Assembly: GCF_004010195.1 (NCBI RefSeq)
Contig: NC_057719.1
Location: 46,418,137 to 46,482,136, forward strand
Direction: 5' to 3'
DNA from: Chiloscyllium plagiosum
Lineage: Eukaryota
Length of the DNA stretch: 64,000 nt
In this document: in pieces, positions 1 to 13,349 of the stretch
Layout: every line of letters starts with the position of its first letter
Numbering within the stretch: the first letter of the stretch is position 1
Translations under genes and position numbers: made by a program
The notes under the pieces: model-generated
Told to the model about the DNA's origin: nothing
What the model saw: the letters and a program-made list of their open reading frames with translations, nothing else
The model's database searches: none

Positions 1-695
1 ATTAGGCTGATTCCTGGAAGGAAGGCATTGTTTTATGAGGAAAAATCGAACAATCCATATTCATTGGAGTCTAGAAGAGTGAGAGGGTACTCTTGTTGAA
101 ACATCAGGATGCCAAGGGGCTTGACAGGATGAATGCTGACAAGATATTCACCCACATGAGGGTATAGAGTCATAGGGTCATAGAGATGTACAGGTATCTA
201 AAATCAGGAGACACAGCCACAAAATTAGGGGTCTCCCATTTAAAATGGTGATTGAAATAACTCCACAAGGCCAGTATGCCAGCACCAAGTCACCCTTTAT
301 TTACATGGCACTGATCCACCTAGCTCAGAGCCAGTTCATAGAGAGCAGAACCCCACACACTCCTGTTTATATCTGTCAGCCAGTGTTCCCTGATTGGACC
401 ATATTAACACCCCAATCAGGGAACTCAAATTCTATGAGGTCCATCTTGCTGACTTTGTTACAATCACTCAAGTGATGAGGACGGATTTCTTCTGTTAGAG
501 GGTCATTAACCTTTGGAATTCTCTTCCCTAGACAGCAATGGACTTTGGGTCATTTAACATGTTCAAGATTGAGTTAGTCAGAATTTTAATTGACAAGGGA
601 ATGAAGCATCATGGAGGGGAACAGGAACAACAGTGAAGTCAAGACCATGATCATACTGAATGGCCACCATATGGCCTACTTCAACATCATGTTCT
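1..695 (+). mobile_element. Old CR1-type LINE 3' fragment, interrupted by a solo LTR
   Basis: Degenerate ORF2 C-terminal and 3' UTR sequence (ctagaagagtgagagggt...atgaggacggatttcttc...ctttggaattctctt) similar to the younger CR1 copies in this window. Confidence 0.6.
253..470 (-). mobile_element. Solo LTR, probably from a Gypsy-type retrotransposon
   Basis: TG...CA termini; on the minus strand there is a TATAAA followed by AATAAA. Flanked by ggtgat/agtgat (TSD with one mismatch) and splits a CR1 sequence. Contains an internal inverted repeat gttccctgattgg...ccaatcagggaac. Confidence 0.65.
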
Positions 696-1292
696 TATAA
701 TCACAAAGCCTCTCTAATTTTCATTGGTCATATATAAAGCTGATAAATATAATTGGTGACAAAGCTGTCACTGAACCCATCACTGTATTTATTGTATTCC
801 CTCTAACACCATTTGCTTTACATCTGCCTCAAGTCACTTGAAATTGAGATTTTGGTCTTCCAACTGCCTCACCTTTGAACTTCCACAAACAATTGTTGAT
901 TTCAACCTCTCTATATCCAACTTGTAAAGCCTGTAATCTCTCCAAACCTGGTTATCTCTGCTGAAATAGCTCAATTACCTCTTCTCTGTGTACAACAAGT
1001 TCAGATTTGAATCCCTGCATGGGAATACAATTGCCACCCAGTTCCTTCTATGGTATACACTATCCTAACTCAGACATACGTCATTGTTTCTTCCTTATTT
1101 CTGGATAAATGTCCAGGAAGTCCCTATCTAAAAGCATTGTTGGAGCACTTGATTACAGCACACAGACTGCAGAGTTTTAACAGTATTCTCAGATAACAAT
1201 AAGTACTGACCTTGTCAGTGAGACTGACACTGCAAGAATGAAGAAAAGCAAATGACCAGTTTCTCATGAATTCTCTTCCTCATTTGAACTTG

Positions 1293-1487
1293 ATGTGGAG
1301 GAGCCAATGTTGGACTGAGGTAGACAAAGTTAAAAGTCACACAACACCAGGTTATAATCCAGCAGGTTTATTTGGAAGTACTAGCGTTCGGAGCACTGCT
1401 TCTTCATCAGGTAGCTGATGAAAAAGCAACGCTCCGAAAGCTAGTGCTTCCAAATAAACCTGTTGGACAATAACCTGATATTGCATA
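1293..1487. mobile_element. PLE pseudo-LTR fold-back (family B) with back-to-back degenerate hammerhead cores
   Basis: Inverted arms caggttataatccagcaggtttatttggaag / cttccaaataaacctgttggacaataacctg. CTGATGA cores on both strands at 1404-1421. TSD atttgaacttg at 1282-1292 and 1488-1498. Confidence 0.75.
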
Positions 1488-1529
1488 ATTTGAACTTGTT
1501 AAGGCCTCCAAATAGAATATTCAATCTCA

Positions 1530-1700
1530 CCTCTTTTCATGGAGTAAATATTAACCATTGCCAACACTATAATCTACTTTCTGTCCTGTTACCCTGATGT
1601 GCTTACGTAAGGTATGATTTGTGCGGTTGGCATGCAAAACAATACTTTTCAGTGTATCTTAGTACATGTAACAATCATAAGTCAAATAAAATCAAATCCA
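1530..1700 (+). mobile_element. Probable Rex/Babar-type LINE 3' tail
   Basis: Ends in acttttcagtgtatcttagtacatgtaacaat followed by a (caaat)n-like tail. Recognised by resemblance only. Confidence 0.4.
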
Positions 1701-2099
1701 AACAAATGTGGAATGCAGCAAGATGGGGATGACCTTGATTTGGAACAGAAAGTTTTAACCATCCAGGAAATGCCTATTTGAATAGGTCATGTGCACCTCT
1801 GTGAATTTTGTAAGATTTATTCATTTCGGGTTTTAAAACATTAGTTCACGAGTTGCAGGCATTGCTAGCTGGCCCAGCATTTATCACCCATTCATAGTTG
1901 CCTTTGAGAAGCTAGTGGGAAGCTACCTTTTGGAATGCTGCAGTCCATTTGCTGCAGGTAGACCCACAATGGTGTAAGGGAGTAAGTTCCATGATTTTGA
2001 TCCAGTGACACTGAAGGTAGGGTAACATAGTTCCAAGTCAAGAATTAGGCTGCATACGTCAGCAGTGTGGATTCATATGTGTACCGATATTGCCAGGTT

Positions 2100-3170
2100 G
2101 GTTATACTGTGACCACATCTTAGGAAATGATGCTACACCACTACAAATCATTGGTCAGACCACATTTGGAGTATTGGGTTCAGTTCTAGGCACTTCATTT
2201 AAGGAAAGACATTAAAGCCCGAGAGACAGTTTGAAGGAGATTTACCACAATGATACCAGGAATGAGGGATGTTAGATTCAAGGAAAAGTATGATAAATTG
2301 GGCGTATTCTCCTTGAAGCAGAGAAGATTAAGAAATGACCTTATTGAGGTGCTCAAAATTATTTTAAAAATTTCTGCTTCTATTAATTGGTATGTCAGTA
2401 ACTATGGACCACAATTTCAAGATTGTCTGGAAAAGAGCTCGGAGTGAGATGAGGAGAAACATCTATATTTGGAGAGTTGTTAGACTTTGGAATGTGCTGC
2501 CTGGGAGAGTGGAGGAGGCAGATTCTATAGGACGTTTCAAGTTGAAAGTGATGAATTTAGAGGACTACACAGTTAGGTTTGGATAATGGGACTAGCTTGG
2601 TTAGCTGTTCAGCACAGGCCCAATAGACTGAATGGCTTCCTCTATACTGTAAAATTCTATAAGTGTCAATTAGTATCGGAGAAAGCACATCTTCAGTTTG
2701 GAAGAATGATACCTGGACTTCAGGGGTTAAGTTATGAGGAGAGATTTTGCAAATTAGGCCTGTTTTCTCCAGAATTTAAAAGGTTAAGGTGTGACAGATG
2801 TCTTCAAGGGACTAATAGGAAATGACAGGGGATATAAAGATAAATTGTTTACATTGGCTGGAGATTCTAGGACTGGCTGGTATTGTCTAAATATTCGGGC
2901 CAGACAGTTTAGGAGAGGTGTTAGTAAGCATTTCTGCACACAAGGGCTGGCAGATTTTTCGAACTCTCTCCCACAAAGGGAAGTTGATGCTGAATCAATT
3001 GTTAGTTTTAAATCTGAGATAATTTTTTTTTGTTAAACAAAGGTATAAAGGGATATAGGCCATAGGCAGGTCTATAGAGTTAGGCCACAGTTCAGCCAAG
3101 ATCTCAATGAAAAGCAGAACAGGCATGAATGGCTGAATGACCTTCTCTTATTCCTATGTTCCTCCGTTCC
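2100..3170 (+). mobile_element. Two adjacent old CR1 LINE 3' fragments
   Basis: ORF track peptides LGVFSLKQRRLRNDLIEV, RVVRLWNVLP, LGLFSPEFKRLR and FSNSLPQREVDAESI match the CR1 ORF2 C-terminus, which occurs twice. Confidence 0.8.
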
Positions 3171-3335
3171 TATAATTTAGAATTGCAACCAGCTCGTAGC
3201 ACCCCAGGAAAGAAACATTAGCATTCTTAGTGCAGACTCATCAGAATCATACCAGAACTAGAGGGGTTAGATTATGTGTACAGTTATCACAGGTCAATGC
3301 GACAAAGCTTAAATTTGCTGGAGATACTAGAAAGC

Positions 3336-3427
3336 TTCCTGATGAAGGGTTGTCCCTGAAATGTGAACTCTCTTGCTCCTCGGATGCTGCCTGACCGGCT
3401 GTACTTTTTCCATCACCACACTTTATC
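3336..3427 (+). mobile_element. PLE pseudo-LTR fragment (family A) with a decayed hammerhead
   Basis: cctgatgaagggttgtccctgaaatgtg...cggatgctgcctgacc. TSD gata(c/t)tagaaagc at 3323-3335 and 3428-3440. Confidence 0.7.
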
Positions 3428-4689
3428 GATATTAGAAAGCATTAACATGCAACTCTAACTCAACATGTGTTGGACCGCTGAAGGAAGACACAAAGAAAAA
3501 CTGAAGAGAGGATATGATATTACAAAAGAAATATGTCAGAAGCATGTAGTTTACAGCTCAAAATAGACACAGGGTGAAATGAGCTTAATTCTGTCACTGA
3601 GTACAGTGGTAACTGTAAACTCTAGAAGGAGGAAGCATTGCAAACCTCAATTTATCCTGGTCGTGAGTGAGTTAAACATTTTTCTTACTGATGACCTTTT
3701 TGTCTTCCTGCTGACAATCTTACAATGCAAATTGGGGATCCAAAGTGGTTCAGCATAACCAGTCACCTCAAACTAGTGAGAAGATTTGACATAGACTGCC
3801 TAGAGATTTAGTTAAACTTAACTGGATTTCCTTCCTGCTTTAAAATTGGTTTCTCATGAGAGATAAGCAGAGAATGTCCCTTTGATTAAACAAATTGATA
3901 ACGCGTGGAATGGTAATGCTGATGCAAGCAGGTTATTTTACTTGGACTATGAGCACAGTACCACAAGAGTAAGACCAAAATTAATGAGCCTCAAGCAAGA
4001 CTTGAGATTAAAAGGATTTTTTTTTCCCCATGGAGCTGTAAGTTTCTGAAACAGCAAAAGAAATGTTATGACTGTTAATTAACTCTTTGAAAAAAGGAAC
4101 TGAATGAACAAATGGTAAGGAATGGAATTTAAGTTTACAAGTATAAATACAGTTGGAGCTAATTGAATGTTATTTGCAACACAATAGCTTCTCAGATGCT
4201 ACCAAATAGAAATGTCACTTTCTAGGAAGACAGTGAACCTAGGATGTTGGATGGGAGAGCACAATGATATTTTGGAGTTTCATTTGATTTTCCTGGTTTG
4301 AGGAGAGAAGTCAGGAAGAAACATTTCAAAACTGTACCTCAGAGGGTTAGCTGCATGGAGTCCAACCCACACTGGAATTTGGTCTGTGGAACAACAATCT
4401 TTATTTGGTAAAACATCATCTTTCACGTCCAATGTTTTCTTACATCCTCAGTAAACCATTTGAAGAAGAGCACTAAGAGCTGTACCTGGGAATATCAGTG
4501 AGTTCCACTTGTTCAGCAGCCCAATGTTGAAGTTAAATATGTAACCTCCAGTACACGCACATGCAACACAATGGGATCCTGGCTGACAATCCAAAACTGG
4601 TTGGTGGCATTAACTCCTTACACATCCAGGATTATCTGACAAATGGTGCCCAAATGCAGAACCATATTTCTTGTTAGACACTGTGCTGA

Positions 4690-5540
4690 GTTTTCACAAT
4701 GATCTGTGATCTCGCACCTTGCCAAAAGCCTTCTGGAAACCCAAGTACGGTATGTCTAATGCTTTCTTTTTATCCACAGCACATTACTCCTTCAAAGAAG
4801 TCTAATAAATTTGTTAAACATCATCTTGCTTTGACAAAACCATCCTGATTCTTTCTGATTATTTTGAGGTTTTCTCAGTGCTCAGCTATAATCTCTTTAA
4901 CAATCGATAGTCACCTTCTCCATGACAGACCTCAAGAAAACTAGCCTATAATGTTTTTGTTTCCTGCCTCTTTCCCTCCTTGAATAGATATTTGCTATTT
5001 TCCAGTCTGAAGGACCATTTCCTGAACTTAAACGAATTTTGAAAAATTAGTACCGACACATTTACTACCTTATTAGTCATGAAACCTAAGGACAGAATTA
5101 ATCTGGACCTGGAGACCTGTCAACCCACACTGCATCAGTTTGTTTCATAACACCTCCTTCACAACTGTAATTTCATTGAGTTCCTCTTTCTCTTCCACCT
5201 CCTGATTTATAGCTATTACTGTTACTGTGTAGTGAAGACATTTGTTAATTTTATTTGCCATTTCATTATTATCGACTACTAATTCCTGATTCTCATACGA
5301 GAGGACGAACTCTCATTTTATTCCTTTCTAAATGCCAGTGGAAATTCTTGCTATCGATTTTTACATTTATAGCAAGTTTCCTCTCATACTCTTAATTTCT
5401 TTGTCCTGGCTCACCTTTTAGTCATTGGTCTCTATATTCTGACCAATCATCTGCCTTGTCAGTCTTTTCTGCACAGTTATATGCTTTTTCCTTAAGTTTT
5501 GTGCTTTCCCTAAATTCCTTACTTACCCACAGATGGCTGT
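4690..5540 (-). mobile_element. Old CR1 LINE ORF2 fragment
   Basis: Minus strand resembles the decayed SPGPD, NYRPVSL and DFQKAF regions of CR1 reverse transcriptase (RT). Confidence 0.55.
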
Positions 5541-5599
5541 TCCTCCCTTTTCTTTATACTAGAAATCTGTAGTGAATTTATATATCAGAGTAACTTGCT

Positions 5600-5905
5600 A
5601 AACCATCTTAGAGGGCAGTTAAGAGTCAATCAATTTGCTGTGGTGGCAGCAATTACATGTAGATTATACAGGGGAAGGACAGAAGATCCTGCATACTTTG
5701 AAGGACATTGGTGAACATGCTAGAATCAGTTTTTAGAACAATCTTGTGGTTTCATGATTATTATTAATGAGACAAGTATTTTATTATAGTTCCATTAATT
5801 AATTGAATTTGAATTCTGCCAGCTGGTAGAATTTTAACTATCTCTCCTTAGCATTTCTCTGGGCAACTGAATTATTAATTCAGTGACATTACCACTGTAT
5901 TACTG
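5600..5905 (-). mobile_element. Old tRNA-derived SINE, same family as 61930-62210
   Basis: Shares agagggcagttaagagtcaa...ggtttcatg...ttgaatttgaattc with the copy at 61930-62210. Confidence 0.55.
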
Positions 5906-6800
5906 TTCTTCTGATATCTGCAATTGTATGAGTGAATGTTTATTTAAATATGAAAAGATTAACCACTGTGCTTTCTGAAGAATAATTTGGCCATTATCCC
6001 TGGTCTTATTTGATTATGTCTTCATGATCCAGAATTTTTTGGAAGAGGACAACTCATGGTGCAGTTTGTTAGTTAGATATCTTTCCCACAGTTTAGTGCG
6101 ATTTTATCATGTGCTCCAAGTGTAAGCTCATAAATGCACCATGAGGAAAATGAGACATCTACGACCTTAGTGAAAGATAAAACTCTAACAGTCCATCCCC
6201 TTAGCCAATCTGATTTAAGGATTAGAGTAAAAATAGAGAAGCCACAGAAATGGTAATATGATGAATCAGGGAGAAATAAGGGTCAGAAAGACAAATAAAG
6301 AGAGGGAATGGAAGAGAAATAAAGAGAAAAGAATAAAGAGAAAAGAAAGACAGAAACAAAATCACATTTTAAAAATCGTTAAAATCTATGTGTAGAAATG
6401 ATAGTACACAGTTTTAGGCATTTCCTTTTTGAGTTGGAAGTTGAATACTATTGCAGAAGTGTAAATTGCATTGTTACAAATAACTTTTAAGAACCAGCTT
6501 TAACTTTATTTGGTGTGCTTAATTATAAATTAATGAATAATTATCGCAATCTAGTGAAAATCAGAAAGTGGTTGAGGGTGAGCCGAGTTTATCAATATAT
6601 AGATGGAAATTATTCTCTAATTTACGGTGGTTTGCAATTTACAATTATCTCTCTTCTTTGCTACAAATAGGTCTTCATTAATAACAGTACACACGTGAAA
6701 TTGACAGTTATTTTATCAGCAAAGGTCTCTCCCAAATATTACCGCTAGTAACCTAATATTAAGTGCACATATTTATCATTGTTTTAAGCTTTAGTGTCAA

Positions 6801-8840
6801 ACGGGGATTGGGAACCTCTGGCCTGTGGGTCAATCTGGCCTGTTGCTAGATTTAATCCAGTCCAGCAGCCCTCTGGAAGATCACTGAGCAAACATTTGCC
6901 ACAAAGAGGCATTTAACCTCAGAGCACAAGCAGGACTCCTGCACATCAGGGAGAGGACCTTGAGAAGACATGCACCAAGGGCAAAGAGCAGTGTGAAAGC
7001 AGATCAGAGGGAGGAGCTTGTGAGTTTGAGATCTATGAGCAAAAGACAACGTGCAAGTGTACATCAAAGGAGAGCAGCCTGGAAGGCTGGGATCCATTAC
7101 CCAATGCAGAGGCCAAGCCTTTGGAGGAGAGCAGTCCATGAGTGTTTGAGTCACCAGCAGAGACGCTGTCAGAAGACCTACCACAGATTAAGCACAAAAA
7201 TGGCCACCTGCAACAAAAGTAGAAAACGGGATGTGGGGTGTTGTGTTTTAATGAAAAATGGACAACTGACTTTTTTTGTGGAGATGAAATGCAAACCCAT
7301 GTACCTGATTTAGTGGCACCAAAAAAAAAATCCAAGGTGGAAGGACATTACACCACAATGCATATTAAATTTAGAAAATTTCAAGGGCAGGTGCGTGAAG
7401 ACAAAATCAGTGTGCACTTGGAAAGAATTTGGACGGGCAGCAAGCAAATTTCATAAGACCAAGAAAGGGGATGGACGGTGTTACACAAGCCAGTTATGTG
7501 GTGAATGAACTCATCACAAAAAAACCTAGGCCTCATTTGGAGGGAGAGTGTGTGAAGCAGTGCATCATTGTGACTGCAGCTTCATTGGCTCCAGAGAAAC
7601 TCAAACATTGTTTCAGCATGCGAGCTTGTCTCACAGGAACATGTCAGATCAAATTATTGAAGTGGCTCAGGACACTGAAAAGTCTCTGAAAGGTTCTGCA
7701 GCTGATTTCAAATTCTACTCTCTAGTTATTGATGAGACAACAGAACAGAACAAATACAGGCTAACGGGTGACTTTGTGCAGCAAATAACAGCAGATTCTG
7801 AAGTTCGAACGGATTTGCTTTTTCTGGTAGCAACGGATGATACCACCAAAGGGGAAGATATTTTTGAGAGGGTTGTATCGGCTGGGCACAGACCTCATTT
7901 GAAAACATTACATGATCTTACTACTGATAGTGCTCCAGCCATTTTCGGATCTAAGAAAACATTAGATGCTACAGTCAAGAAAGAAATGGACAACGTCAAT
8001 CTTAATCTGAGTGAGTTAATTGTATACCACTGCATTATTCATCTAGAGAATCTGTGCATGCAGCTCTTGAGGCTGAGCAATGTAATGTTGAAAGTAGTAT
8101 CAAGCATTAACTTTGTTAAAAGTAGAGGTTTAAGCAGCTGTCAGTTTGAAGAGTTACTGAAAGTCCTTAAATCAGATTACAGGGATTCAGTTCACTAGAA
8201 TGAAGTAAGATGGCTCAGGGGGGAGTATGCTAATGTGGTTTTATGAACTGGGGGACTGAAAGAAAATTTTCATCGAAGCAAATGGAGGAACTGTGGCTGT
8301 GCGAATTAAACACAAAAAGCCATGTGGCATGGCATTCCCCGGCGAATTTATGCAGTGCCTGACTGAGCTGTTTCATTGCCATTCAATATTGAAGGTGCTG
8401 ATGTACCTGAAAACCTTCAACTTAAAGGCAAAGAACTGTGAAATGACCACGAATTGAAGGCCAAATACAGTAACCTGCCGGAGCTAGAATTCTGCAGACT
8501 CCTTCTCGGTGTTGCTAATTCCCAAATTTGAGGGGGCACGTGCTAAATATTGCATTGCTGTTTGGAGCTTTCTTTTAGTGAAGAACCATTTGCAATCCCG
8601 ATTAACAGGCATTAATTTGGAAAAACTGTTGTAAGGAACAATGTCTTCATTGTCAGCAGACATTGGAAGGCTCATGAAGGCAAAACAATCTCAACCATTG
8701 CATTGAAACAGTGGTGAATTGAATGTTTCAGATTTCTCTCTTAAAAATCTAAATTGAGCTGTTCTCCCTGGTTTGTGTTCCTCGATTGATTTTGTCCATG
8801 TGTCTCGGGCCCTCGATGAGAGAAAGATTCTCAACCTGCT
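6801..8840 (+). mobile_element. Dead hAT-superfamily DNA transposon (Charlie/SPIN/GTF2IRD2-like transposase)
   Basis: Frameshifted transposase from about 7200 to 8600: FNEKWTTDFF, ASYVVNELITKKPRP..EGECVKQC, FYSLVIDETT, LTTDSAPA, YHCIIH (CxxH motif), INFVKSRGLSSCQF. Degenerate terminal inverted repeats cggggattgggaacct and agattctcaacctg. Confidence 0.85.
7548..8198 (+). pseudogene. Longest surviving open segment of the hAT transposase (DDE catalytic region)
   Basis: 216-aa ORF containing DETT, TTDSAP and HCIIH, bounded by frameshifts and stops. Confidence 0.8.
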
Positions 8841-9570
8841 TTGGTCTGTTAGAAGTGACATACAAGTGGTTAACACCACATTTTTATATAGATTTGTTGT
8901 CATCAGAAAACTATTAACTCTGAACAGAAATATTGCCTGGAAAGAAGGTCTCAAAGTGTAAAGTTGACTTAGTCCTTGATCCAACGTATTAATTGATTAA
9001 GTAACTCAGGAACAATTACTTACAATTGACATCATTGTAAGTTTAGCACAGAATTGAATATGTTAGTGACAAAGGGATGAAGTTTGTGACAGCAGCTGAC
9101 AATGTTGGTTTCAAACATCCAGGTGGCTTAAGTGGAAGAAATTACATCTCATTCAAGATTAGATATCAGACAAACAGACTGACATTACACATGTAAAATG
9201 GTCACATGTCAGTGGATTGAAACAAAATGCCAAAAGTTCTCAGGGAGCACTTACATTAGGAGAAACAGAATTAATATTTCAATTTGATGATCTTGCATTA
9301 GAATTGGAAAATATCAGAGCTACCCAATACATACATATTAAACAAGTTTAGAGTGTGAAAAATCAATAACTAACCTGAAAGTAGTTGATAATCCCTTAAA
9401 ATTCTTCCTAAAGCAAAATGTATGCTCATCTGGGCGAGGTTTAGGAAGAATAGTCATTGGAGCATCGAGACACTGTTGGAGTGAAGGCAGTGTTGGATGT
9501 ACATTCCCAGCACCACTAACCAAATCCAAATGGCATCTGGAGCAGTCGTACCAGAACTATGTGCCGGGGT

Positions 9571-9937
9571 CTTGGTCTGATCGCTGCTTCATGGATGCCA
9601 TTTTATAACTGGGAGCTGTAGCACTAAAAAAATCTGTGAGGTACTGTGCAATCAAAATTTATAGCCAATTTGATACTCAGTGTATAGTAGATGTTTAACA
9701 ATCATAGATGTTTAACAATCATAGGTGTGACACAGAAGAAGGCCAGTCAACCCATTGATCTGTGCTGCCTTACTCCTCTACTCATATACCCATTTCTATA
9801 TTATCTGCACAATAATCCTGAATTAAAGTGATTTCTGTATCTTATACATATTTGGATGTACCTGTGTTCTATTTTACAAAAGTTCAGTGCCATGAAATAC
9901 AGCAATGCAAAGACCATGAAGCAGCGATCAGACCAAG
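9571..9937. repeat. Perfect 24-bp inverted repeat with a 319-bp spacer
   Basis: cttggtctgatcgctgcttcatgg (9571-9594) is the exact reverse complement of ccatgaagcagcgatcagaccaag (9914-9937). Confidence 0.9.
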
Positions 9938-10056
9938 TGTCAGATCACCTCATGGTTCAAGGTGAGGCCTATTCCAGGACATAAAAAGGTTGAGTCTCGA
10001 ATTTCAGTGTGTGTTATATTCCAGAAGAGATACTAAGCTGTTGGAAACTCTCGACT

Positions 10057-10272
10057 AAAAGCAAAATGCTGCAGATGTTGGAAATCTGAAGCAAACACAG
10101 AAGGTGTTGGCAGAAGTCAGCAAGCATGGCAGAGATAAGTGGTGTTAACATTCCAAGCTTGCAATAAATCTTTTTCAGAACATGAGGACTCGAAACATCA
10201 AATCTGTTTTTCTCACTCCACAGATGCTGCCAGACCTGCTGAGTTTCTCCTGCATTTTCTGTGTTTGTTTGA
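10057..10272. mobile_element. Old PLE pseudo-LTR fold-back (family D)
   Basis: Arms aaacacagaaggtgttggcagaagtcagc / gctgagtttctcctgcattttctgtgttt, with a residual ggactcgaaacatc hammerhead half. Confidence 0.6.
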
Positions 10273-10662
10273 AGTAAAATCTAATTGTTCAGATGAATGT
10301 TGCAAGTATCAGTTTGGAGTTTGTTGGCCAGAGCTTGATGTTTGATCACCGGTTGTGAACTTTAAAATAACCTATATTTTATAGATTTTGAAGAAATTCC
10401 AGCGAATTGAAAGGTAGCAAAAGGAACATCACTATGCAAGAAAGGAAGGAAAGAAATGTTACTTGCCACATGTCAGCCCAAACATAGATATTGTCCAGAT
10501 CTTGCTGCATTTGTACATGACCTGCTTCAGTCTCTCATCTTGAGTATTTCTTCCATTTTCAGTACTCTACCTCCTCAGATCCTTATCCCACACCCTTCAA
10601 TAGTCCTCAATTTATTCTCCTGTCCCAATTTTGATGCCCTCTTAGATAAACTTAACATTAAG

Positions 10663-12660
10663 TCATAGAGTCATACAGATTTACAGCATGGAAACAGACC
10701 CTTCAGTCTAACTTGTCCATGCCAACCAGATATCCTAACATAATCTAGTCCCATTTGCCAGCACTTGGCCCACATCCCTCTAAACCCTTCCTATTCATAT
10801 ACCTGTCCAGATACCTTTTAAATGCTGCAATTGTACCAACCTCCACAATTTCCTCTGGCAGCTCATTCCGTACATACACCATCCTCTGAGTGAAAAAGTT
10901 GCCCCTTAGGTCCCTTTTATATCTTTCCGCTGTCATCTATGCCCTCTAGTTCTGGACTCCCCCACCCCAGGGAAAAGACTTTGTCTATTTATCCTATCTA
11001 TACCCCCTCATGATTTTATAAACCTCAGTAAGGTCACCCCTCAGCCTCCGATGCTCCAGGGAAAACAGCCCCAGCCTGTTCAGTCTCTCCCTATAGCTCA
11101 AGCCCTCCAACCCTGGCAACATCCTTGTAAATCTTTTCTGAAGCCTTTCAAGTTTCGCAACATCCTTCCGATAGGAAGGAGAACAGAATTGCACACAATA
11201 TTACAAACATGGCCTAACCAAAGTCCTGTACAGCTGCAACATGATCTCCAAACTCCCATACTCATGCTCTAACCAATAAAGAAAAGCATACCAAATGCCT
11301 CCTTCACTATCCTATCTACCTGAAACTCTACTTTCAAGGTACTATGAATCTGCACTCCAAGGTCTCTTTGTTCAGCAACACTCCTTAGGACCTTACCATT
11401 AAGTGTATAAGTCCAGCTCTGATTTGCTTTTCCAAAATACAGCACCTTGCATTTATCTAAATTAAACTCCATCTGTCACTGCTCAGCCCATTGGCCCATC
11501 TATCTGATCAAGATCCCATTGTACTCTGAGTTAACCTTCTTCGCTGTCCTCTACACCTCCAATTTTGGTGTCATCTGCAAACGTACTAACTGTACCTCTT
11601 ATGCTTGCATCCAAATCATTTATGTAAATGACAAAAAGTAGAGGACCCAGCACTGATCCTTGTGGCACTCCACTGGTCATAGGCCTCCAGTCTGAAAAGC
11701 AACCCTTCACCACCACCCTCTGTCTTCTACCTTTGAGCCAATTCTGTATCCAAATGGCTAGTTCTCCCTGTATTCCATGAGATCTTACCTTGCTAACCAG
11801 TCTCCACGAGAAACCTTATCAAACGCCTTACTGAAGTCCGTATAGATCATGTCCACCATTCTGCCCTTATCAATCCTCTTTGTTACTTCTTCAAAAACTC
11901 AATCAAGTTTGTGAGACATGATTTCCCATGCACAAAGCCATGCTGACTGTCCCTAATCAGTCCTTGCCTTTCCAAATACATGTAAATCCTATCCGTCAGG
12001 ATTCCCTACAACAATTTTCCCACCACCAACGTCAGGCTCACTGGTCTATAGTTCCCTGGCTTTTCCTTACCACCTTTCTTAAATAGTGTTACCACATTAG
12101 CCAACCTCCAGTCGTCCAGCATCTCACCTGTGACTATCGTTGATACAAATATCTCAGCAAAGGGCCCAGCAACCACTTCCCTAGCTTCCCACAGAGTTCT
12201 AGGGTACACCTGATCAGGTCCTGGAGATTTAACCACTTTTATGTGTTTCAAGACATTCAGCACCTTCTCCTTAGTAACATGGACATTTTTCAAGATGTCA
12301 TCCACTATTTCCCCATATTCTATATCTTCCATGTCCTTCTCCACTATAAACACTGATACAAAATACTCATTTAGTATCTCTCCTATCTCCTGCAGCTCCA
12401 CACATAGGCCACTTGATGATCTTTGAGGGGCCCTATTCTCTCCCTAGTTGCCCTTTTGCCCTTAATGTCTTGATAGAATCCTTTGGATTCTCCTTAACTC
12501 TATTTGCCAAAGCTATCTCATGTCCCTTTCTTGTCTCCTGATTTCCTTCTTAAATGTACTCCTACTGCCTTTATACCCTTCTAAGGATTCTCTCGATCTC
12601 TCCTGTCTATACATGACACACGCTTCCTTCTTTGTCTTAACTAAAACCTCAATTCCTCTC
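10663..12660 (-). mobile_element. CR1 LINE (HER1-like), 5'-truncated, with the RT domain and 3' UTR
   Basis: [49 protein letters not shown] and LGLFSLEHRRLRGDL across several frames; ctctatga-type 3' tail. Confidence 0.95.
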
Positions 12661-13349
12661 GTGTTGATAATTTCAGTTTGGTACCTGTCCTGTATTCTCA
12701 CAACTTGAAAATATATTATTGATAGTACATCGCATCACATGTAGTTTACAGCACAAAACCAGTTTATGTATTACTGCTCCTCAAAACCCTCCTCCAAATT
12801 TACATAGTATAACCCTATCGGCATAGCTATCAGCAAAATGTATTTCTTTCTGTATAACATGCATCTCACTATGTGGTGCATGTATTTCAATATTTGATGC
12901 ATGCTTGAAAGGATGCAGTGTCTGATTTCACGGTGGGTTAAATTACATTTACATCTGCCAACATCCAGCCAAACTGTAATTCACGATGGCATTGCAGAAA
13001 AACACTATTGTTTTGGAAAACCTCAATTTAATGCCACACCATTAAATCAAAGTTTTACTGGAGTTAAGTTTCTGTGGAGGAAATTAATGACAAATGACTT
13101 CAAACATAACCTGACAAGTTTGATTATTTTGCTTTGAAGCACAACTTACATTTCGATTGTGCCTTGAACGTGGCAAAAATTTCAAAGTGCCTTAAAGGAT
13201 CGTTATTAGGCAGAAGTCTATCCATAGAACTGGGGAAAACTGTAGAGTCATTAGCCATGTGGTCAGTAAATATGTCTCATCACTTAGTTGTCTCCTTTTG
13301 GTTCCTCATGGTGACTTAGATGTATGTGCCACACTGAACTGCTACAAAA

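Noticed and set aside
9688..9724. Short direct repeats here and at 25467-25496 and 35317-35360 as CRISPR-like arrays
   Set aside because: Two-copy slippage duplications with no spacer series, in eukaryotic DNA.
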